This document shows positions 57,701 through 64,000 of a stretch of DNA of 64,000 nt, piece by piece. Where the stretch lies: the NCBI RefSeq assembly GCF_022539665.2, contig NC_081331.1, positions 3,472,001 through 3,536,000 of the forward strand, written 5' to 3'. Origin of the DNA: Daphnia carinata. Its lineage: Eukaryota. Every line of letters begins with the position of its first letter. Within the stretch, counting starts at the first letter, position 1. The translations under genes and the position numbers were made by a program. Under the pieces are notes generated by a model, which worked only from the letters and a program-made list of their open reading frames with translations, was not told the DNA's origin and did no database searches.

Positions 57701-58135
57701 TCGTGTTTACATCGCACATTCGTATGACGTATACAGCAGCACCACTTCAAACTGACCTTGGTTTCCAATCATTTTTTTTTTACTTAAACTGCGGTGATGG
57801 TACCAAACAGCTGGCCACCCGAAAACTTAAACTTTAGTTTAAATCTGTCTCTTTTCTTTTTGCTAGCCATTTCAATTTTCCCTTATATAATCTCGCAAGA
57901 TTAGGATAAAAATTAACGTCGTGCAATAGATCATCAAATACGAAATTCAACATAACCAGTGAGAAGATGATAGTAGTTACCTGGAACGAAGTGTGCGGCA
58001 GTGGCGCATCTGAGCGGAAACTCCACCACCGCAAGTCCTCGAACACGGCGTCCACGAAGTCCATTCGCTCCATGCCCCTTCATGCTCCAGTGGCCGCCGA
58101 TTGGTCTGCAATCGATCTTGGATGAGCCGGTACAA
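14285..58135 (-). CDS. THSD4: ADAMTS-like secreted matrix protein (THSD4/ADAMTSL6, lonely-heart type): split TSR1, Cys-rich module, spacer, six further TSRs, PLAC; 5' end of long form unresolved
   Basis: In-phase GT-AG exons: 58135-57981 ([17 protein letters not shown]), 54058-53887, 51658-51556 (DFRQAQC), 50644-50511 (NPCELNC..VIDGTLC), 22492-22288 ([17 protein letters not shown]), 18728-18562 (FNGNWAIN spacer), 18482-17870, 17286-17032, 16865-16736, 16402-16195, 16031-15855, 15721-15563, 15326-15147, 15019-14878, 14754-14521, 14400-14285 ([31 protein letters not shown]). No metalloprotease domain seen in the window. Confidence 0.9.
23736..23766. repeat. (CT)n microsatellite; representative of many (CT)n/(CA)n tracts (e.g. 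24134, 25255, 26995, 28784, 35193, 40196, 43574)
   Basis: Directly visible dinucleotide repeats. Confidence 0.9.
25735..25816. repeat. Low-complexity block: about G30, short G/T runs, about T32
   Basis: Directly visible homopolymers. Confidence 0.9.
40670..40786 (-). CDS. THSD4: Candidate alternative first coding exon of a short ADAMTSL isoform
   Basis: ATGs at 40786 and 40696, ORF ends MSLLLILIL followed by donor GTGAGT in phase 0, matching the phase-0 acceptor of exon 22492 (TIGCDG). Confidence 0.65.
40908..40915 (-). promoter_or_regulatory. TATA box TATAAATA upstream of the candidate internal first exon
   Basis: About 130 nt upstream of ATG 40786; an A within TGACTT lies 30 nt downstream (40885). 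Confidence 0.45.
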
Positions 58136-61100
58136 CTATACCAAAAAAAAAATAATAATAAAAGGAATAAGGAAAGAAAAACAAATAAATAAAATGCAAA
58201 CTCGTTTATCCATCAACGTGGAATAACACCTTGAAACGTGTTTGAAATCAACGGTTATTATTTCTCCATCGCATTTCAGGTGATGTGATAAAGTAGATGG
58301 ATGGCATTTGGCGCCGTCCTGTTCTCGTTCATCACGGAACACACAGCCCACAGAAAAAAAGAGGATGGCATATGAAGGAACGTAAAGGAATGTTGTTGTT
58401 TTCGATTGATCCGCTTTGATGAATGAAGCTCGATACATCATCGAACGTCATGATGAGATCAGATTCTTGACGCCTCTTATGATACGCTTCAAACGTTTAG
58501 TGCAATCGAAATAATATTTTTTTTTTAAAGAGAAATCTTCATGTACAAAAAAAAAAGATGATCGCAGCTTTCCCATCGAGCCCAATTCAAGAATTTTCCT
58601 GCACATATTTACACACAGCACATGGCGGGTGATTCACATTCAACAGATGGCTGTCGCCGTCTCGAGTGGGCTTTTTTTCCCCCTTACGTTTCATAAACGC
58701 CCGACGTTCCATCTATAAAATGTGACGTGCAATTGGATGTTGCGGAGAAAACATCAACAAGAAAAAAAAATTATAATAATAACGCCCAATCCAACCCATC
58801 AGCGCACCCTGGCTCACCTTGTCTTAATGCGGATGTCCCGTTAAAAGGATGAGGATACGATGTGTATCATCGGGACTGTAAAAAGGAGGTAGGTACCAGT
58901 GGATGATTTACTTGACACGCCATGTGATACAGCAAGTCGTGACAAATTGCATATTATTGAACCTTCAAGGCCTTTGTCGTTGAAATAAGCGCTATAATTT
59001 AGCGAATGTGAGACTGGCGTTGAAATGCAGGACGTTGTAATTAATGCGAATCACAGCTACTCGTTTGAAGCTATTTTGCCACGGACACGAAACGGATGAC
59101 AGTTAAAATTTTCAAATCAAAGCGGTATTTGTACGGATGAAAAAAAAACGACAGTGATTATTAAGAATTACAAAAGTAAAATAGCTGCCCGTTAAGACCT
59201 TATAGAAAACACTGTTAGAATTTTCCGTTTTATGCTCTCCTCCCCTCCGCTTCGTGTCTACGAACGCTACTTTGTGCGTGAGGGCATAGCTTCACTTCGG
59301 CTGTCAAAGAAGCTATTATTAAACGGTTGTACGCTACTGTGTTGAATTTCCAATCGCCGCTGACGGGTCTTCTTTGAACCCCCACAAACTGCTGTCTCTC
59401 ATCATCCCTTACCGGCTGATACATAAATACACAACGAATCGTTGCTATTGCTCGCGATGGTGAAGCTTTGGAATTTGGGAAATGATGACGTTTCGTTCAG
59501 GTTTAGACTATAACGGAACTGGTGGAATAAGATGCCGTTACCGGTACAAGGGGATTTATCAGATAAAGAGAGGGATACCAATTTTCTAATCAACATATCT
59601 TCTTAGGGGAGAGTAAAAGATAGTTTATATACGATGAGTTATAAAGGACATAAACTAGCTATATGTAGGCAGGAGCCAAGGTGGGCAATGGGCAGGTAAT
59701 CAACCTCTTCCAGCTGATGAAACTCAATTGCCTCGCGTCAACGGTCGATTATGCGTGGCTCGCGTTCCTTTTCTCCCTCCTGATGTTTATTTCAAAGAAA
59801 CCAAAAAGATTTTTTTTTTCCCTCCTGATCTTTATTTTTTTTTTCCGTTTAGTTTCGAAGCAATGCGGCGACTGCAGATTCTTCGACACGATATCCTCCT
59901 CGTCCTAAACTCGGCTTCATTCATTGACTTAAAAGCCTTTTGCTGTTTCCGCGACTTGTTTTTAAACGCCGACCGCTATACGCGATGGAAACACAAGACT
60001 TGTGCGGAGGTCGATAGCTAAAAAAAAAAAAAGAGAGGGACAGGATAAGAGGGAAATCTCACAAATAAAAAAAAAAACAAAAGAAAGGAGAGAAAGACCC
60101 ATAGAATGATTACGAGTTGCTTGTAACGAAGGCTTATCGCCATCAGCGCTCGACTGAAGGCGCTGCTGCTGATGCCGATTGACCTGCCAACCCGCAACAC
60201 AAGATGTACGATAATATTTTTGTACCTTCCAAAAAGACTCACTCTCTATTAGGCATATATATATACATATATACACGCTTTGCACACTAGCACAGCAACA
60301 ACAGTAATAGGGAAAGACAGAAGGACAAGGGCGGACCGATAATCTGTATCGGCTCTTGATAGTTCCTCGCTCTATTCGACTTTATCGGCTATTTTGTTCT
60401 TGTGTGGGGGGAAACTACAAAATGACATCATACCCGTCATTATGGAAAAGCGAGAGAGGGGGGGGGGGGGTTCACGGTGGATGTGGCATTTCTCTCTCCC
60501 CCCTTCGTTTGGTTATTAGCCGATTATAGCTCGATCTTATTGTTTGTTGGTCGCCCCATGGTCGTGGCCAGGCGCCGGTATAGTTTTATTGGCTCATCTA
60601 TGCGTGCCTCCATGCAACATGTGAGAAGGTCCCATTTCAATCAAGCGTGTTTTTCTTTATATCCAGCTGCCCTTTTTCTTTTGTGTTTTCTATTTGTGTA
60701 ATCGTCTGCCTTGTATGGAGGTTTCCTGTTTGTCTCGACAACTTAACGAGCCTCCTCGTACGTATATGAGGCTTACTTGTTTACTGAGAAAATGCCATCA
60801 TTATTGGTAGGCTGGATGCACTCGATCCCTCCTGGATATAAGTTGCCAAGGCTAATGGAAAACAAGAAACCAAGTCGCAACACATTTCCGGGAAAATGCG
60901 CCTTTAATGTTTATAAGTATTAGGCATGCATCCATTTCTTTTAAACAATTTAGTTACAAAAAAAAAAAAAAAATTTATTCTTGGCGGATGATGTCTAATT
61001 CGCTTCCCGGCGACCAGGGGGCGGTTGTTCGGGGTCGATCGCGTTTCAAACCGCACAGCACTTAACGAGTTACCAGCAGTTGAAGCAATACACATGAGAA

Positions 61101-64000
61101 GGCCAGCAATCAATGTCGTCATAAAAACGTGGAAAGAAACAAAAACAAGAGCTAGTTGGATCTATAAGCGAACTCTCTTCCGTTGGCGGAGTGTATACGA
61201 TACGCACGGTGAGGGATATATAAGTGAATACATAAAGGCGGGGTGTCGTAAAATTTAAAGAAAAAAAAAACGCGGAACCCCCACGGTAAAGTCGAAATAA
61301 GACGATCAATTTCGTTCGCTGTCTCGATGCTTGGCATATGCCCTTATTGTTGATGTGACTATTCAAAGAGTCATTAAAATAAAAGGAGACCGGAGAATTG
61401 AAATAAAAGAAAAAAAAAGAAGGAAGAAGAAAATCGTCGATTACTGTCAAATAGTGTTTATTGGCTCTGTGCTTATATGGAGTGGGAGGGAGTGCTATCG
61501 ACTGGAACACCATAAATCGACGGCTCGTAAAAAAAAAAGAAAAAATTTCAACCTCTTCGTTGTTGGTTTCCCCTCGAATTTGTTAACACAAACGATGAAA
61601 AGACGTGTGCGTGTCACGTTCATATTTTGAAACGGACCATATCGTCTGAATGTCGAGACACGTGTCTCTTTATAGCGACGACATGACGCCTTGCATCAGG
61701 TGCAACAAGTAGCCCATTAATACAGTCTTTTTTCAATTCAATTTTCTTTTCATCCTAATCGCCGTTAGGCAAACGGTGGGTAGCGAAGACGTTCAAATTT
61801 GACGTAGGGCAATTGGGTGAAGGTCTGAAAGTATTTATTTTTTTTTTTTTAACTTCTTTTCATACGTCAGTGTGAAATCGGCCTCGGGTAAACACGTACA
61901 GAATTTGTGGGAACATCAACGTGATGCGCTTTCACCTAACACAAAAACGCTACAACAAAAAAATGAATTCGAAACAAGGAGAAAAAAAAAATAAAGAGAA
62001 ACACGAGCCAACAAACGTTTTTATCCGGGACGCGACTAATTGTAGTTTGTAGTTCCAGATAACACACGGCTCGTTATATTGTGTCTACGCAATACAGACA
62101 ATCAAAACCCTCCCCACTCTTCCATCACCCTCCACCCAATCTTTTTTTTTTTCTTTTTCACCATTTCCCGTATAAGAGAAAGGTCAAACCTCCTTTCTCT
62201 TCTTCCTTTACGCACTTCTTTACGGATGACTAAGAGAAATTCCTAGCCAACGCAAGGCCAGAACGTCAAAGAATTTGTTAAAAAAATTTATTTCCCTCCA
62301 CGTTGTAGCGACAAATTTCAGCCTTGTGATTAATTGAACACGAATCGAATGACAATCGGCATAAGTCGATATTTCACACTCCGCGCACCGTCAGAAAAAA
62401 AACAGGTCAGACAACGTGAATCGAATTTTCAGTACGGACCGCTATTGTTCGACTTGTGATTTGATTGATTTTCCACTGATGGCGATGCGAAAGGGAAGGG
62501 CATCGAATTCTGAAATAAAAAAGCTGCTGACACATGTTGCTAGCGTTAATAAACGTCCGATTCGCTTGTCAACAAGTTGATCGTGCCTTTCCTTTCGGAA
62601 ATTATTTTGCCAGCCCTCAGTGGGGATATTAAAAATCAAATCAACTAAATGTTTTAGGGCGAAAAAGATGGCCACGAGCTTGAAATGCGATCGATCCGTT
62701 GCCGTGTATAGCCGCCAGTAGACCCGATCTGTTATCATTGACAGTTCAAACCCCTCGTTTCGATAGTCTAATTGATTTTTTTGTTTGCTCTTTCATGTAG
62801 AACGATCATCGCTCATACATATTCAGACAGACGAATCGAGTCTAGAAAGACTATCCCACACGGGCACCGATTGACTGACCACTGCAGAATGTTAGCACAC
62901 AGAGAGAAAGAGAAGGAAAAACAGCCGGAAATACAACCGATCGGAATATATAAAGACATCTGTTTGGCCGCTGTATGTATGAACTATAGACACACTCGGA
63001 TGACTTTGTTCATCCATAAACCATTCGGACTGTCAAGCCATTTTCTTCCGTAAAGGAACAAGAAAAATGTGTGAATCTTTCTCTCTTTGGTGGCTTCCAG
63101 CTGCTACTAGAGTCTATTTAAACTATGTTCTCTTTTTATGTACAGCAACAGACAAGTCATACCTTTTGCTCGCATCATAGACCAGCAGCAGTCAATAGTT
63201 TATTTCCCCCTTTTTTTTTTCTTTCGACCTCTGGCCCCGGTCATCAAAAAAAAAAAAAAAAAAAAACCAACTACGCTCCCACACGTCTACCGTTAAACAA
63301 CCAAACTACCTACATAGCGCTCGTTTAAAAGGAAAAGCTTCTTTTTCTTTTAAAAAAATTATAAAAACTCTTTTTCGCGTCCATAGAGTTCTCCTATTTT
63401 CGTTCGATGGACTTACAATACGCATAGTAAATAAATACGCTTCTTGGCTGCATTTCACGTATCTCAGAGACTGAGAGAGGTTTGCTGTCTATTTTCTTCT
63501 TCGTTTGACTATAGTCTTCGGTTGACGTTATTGCGGCTGGTTTCACCGCGGGACCAGGACCACCCACAATGGACGTCAAACTATCCATACCGGAATCTCT
63601 AGTCTGCCTATCTTTCTTCTTTTAACTTTGGTCGTCGTCGTCGACTTACCCCCATCGATGGACCCTTCGTAACCGGGGCCACCCCTTCGTAAATAATAAT
63701 AAAGGAAGAAGAGAGAAAAAAAGGGGGGGGGACAAAAAATGTGAATGTGTGTATACACATTTAATCATCGTCTGCGGTCGTCCCACTAGAGCTCAGGGTG
63801 CTTGTTACCTGTACAAGGTTTCACACAGAGGGGAAGAAGAGATGACGAGCATTCGAACCCATACTTAACATGACATCTGCCCCTTCCACCCCTCGATCTT
63901 TTTTTTTTCTCACTAGGCCTATGTGTAACGGATGGTCAGTGACGAGCTCGTCTTTTTGCGGTACTTCATTGCGTCCGTGTTGTGTTACGCTTTCAAAATA

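Noticed and set aside
59413..59518. Exon-like segment between CAG acceptor and GTAAGG donor
   Set aside because: Its open frames end in phase 1 and do not join exon 58135; no family motif.

Overview
Eukaryotic, intron-rich arthropod-type genomic DNA; the many 50-100 nt GT-AG introns and the gene content suggest a Daphnia-like crustacean (inference). Exons were assembled by hand from splice sites and reading phase. The first ~11 kb is a compact cluster: PLEKHF2/Phafin2 (+), aprataxin (+), a TLC-domain membrane protein (-), SLX1 nuclease (-) and a Sex-lethal (Sxl) homolog (-). A probable decayed BTB-domain pseudogene follows at ~12.4-12.8 kb. From 14.3 kb to at least 58 kb lies one large minus-strand ADAMTS-like gene (THSD4/ADAMTSL6, lonely-heart type) with a 28-kb homopolymer-rich intron. 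Best leads: (1) a TATA-associated alternative first exon inside that intron that builds a signal peptide across the splice junction; (2) a candidate TLCD terminal exon nested antisense in an aprataxin intron; (3) a Sxl last intron that could yield several different C-termini; (4) a MITE-like inverted-repeat module and CTCF-like motifs at gene boundaries. No rRNA, tRNA, CRISPR array or intact transposon ORF was recognised.
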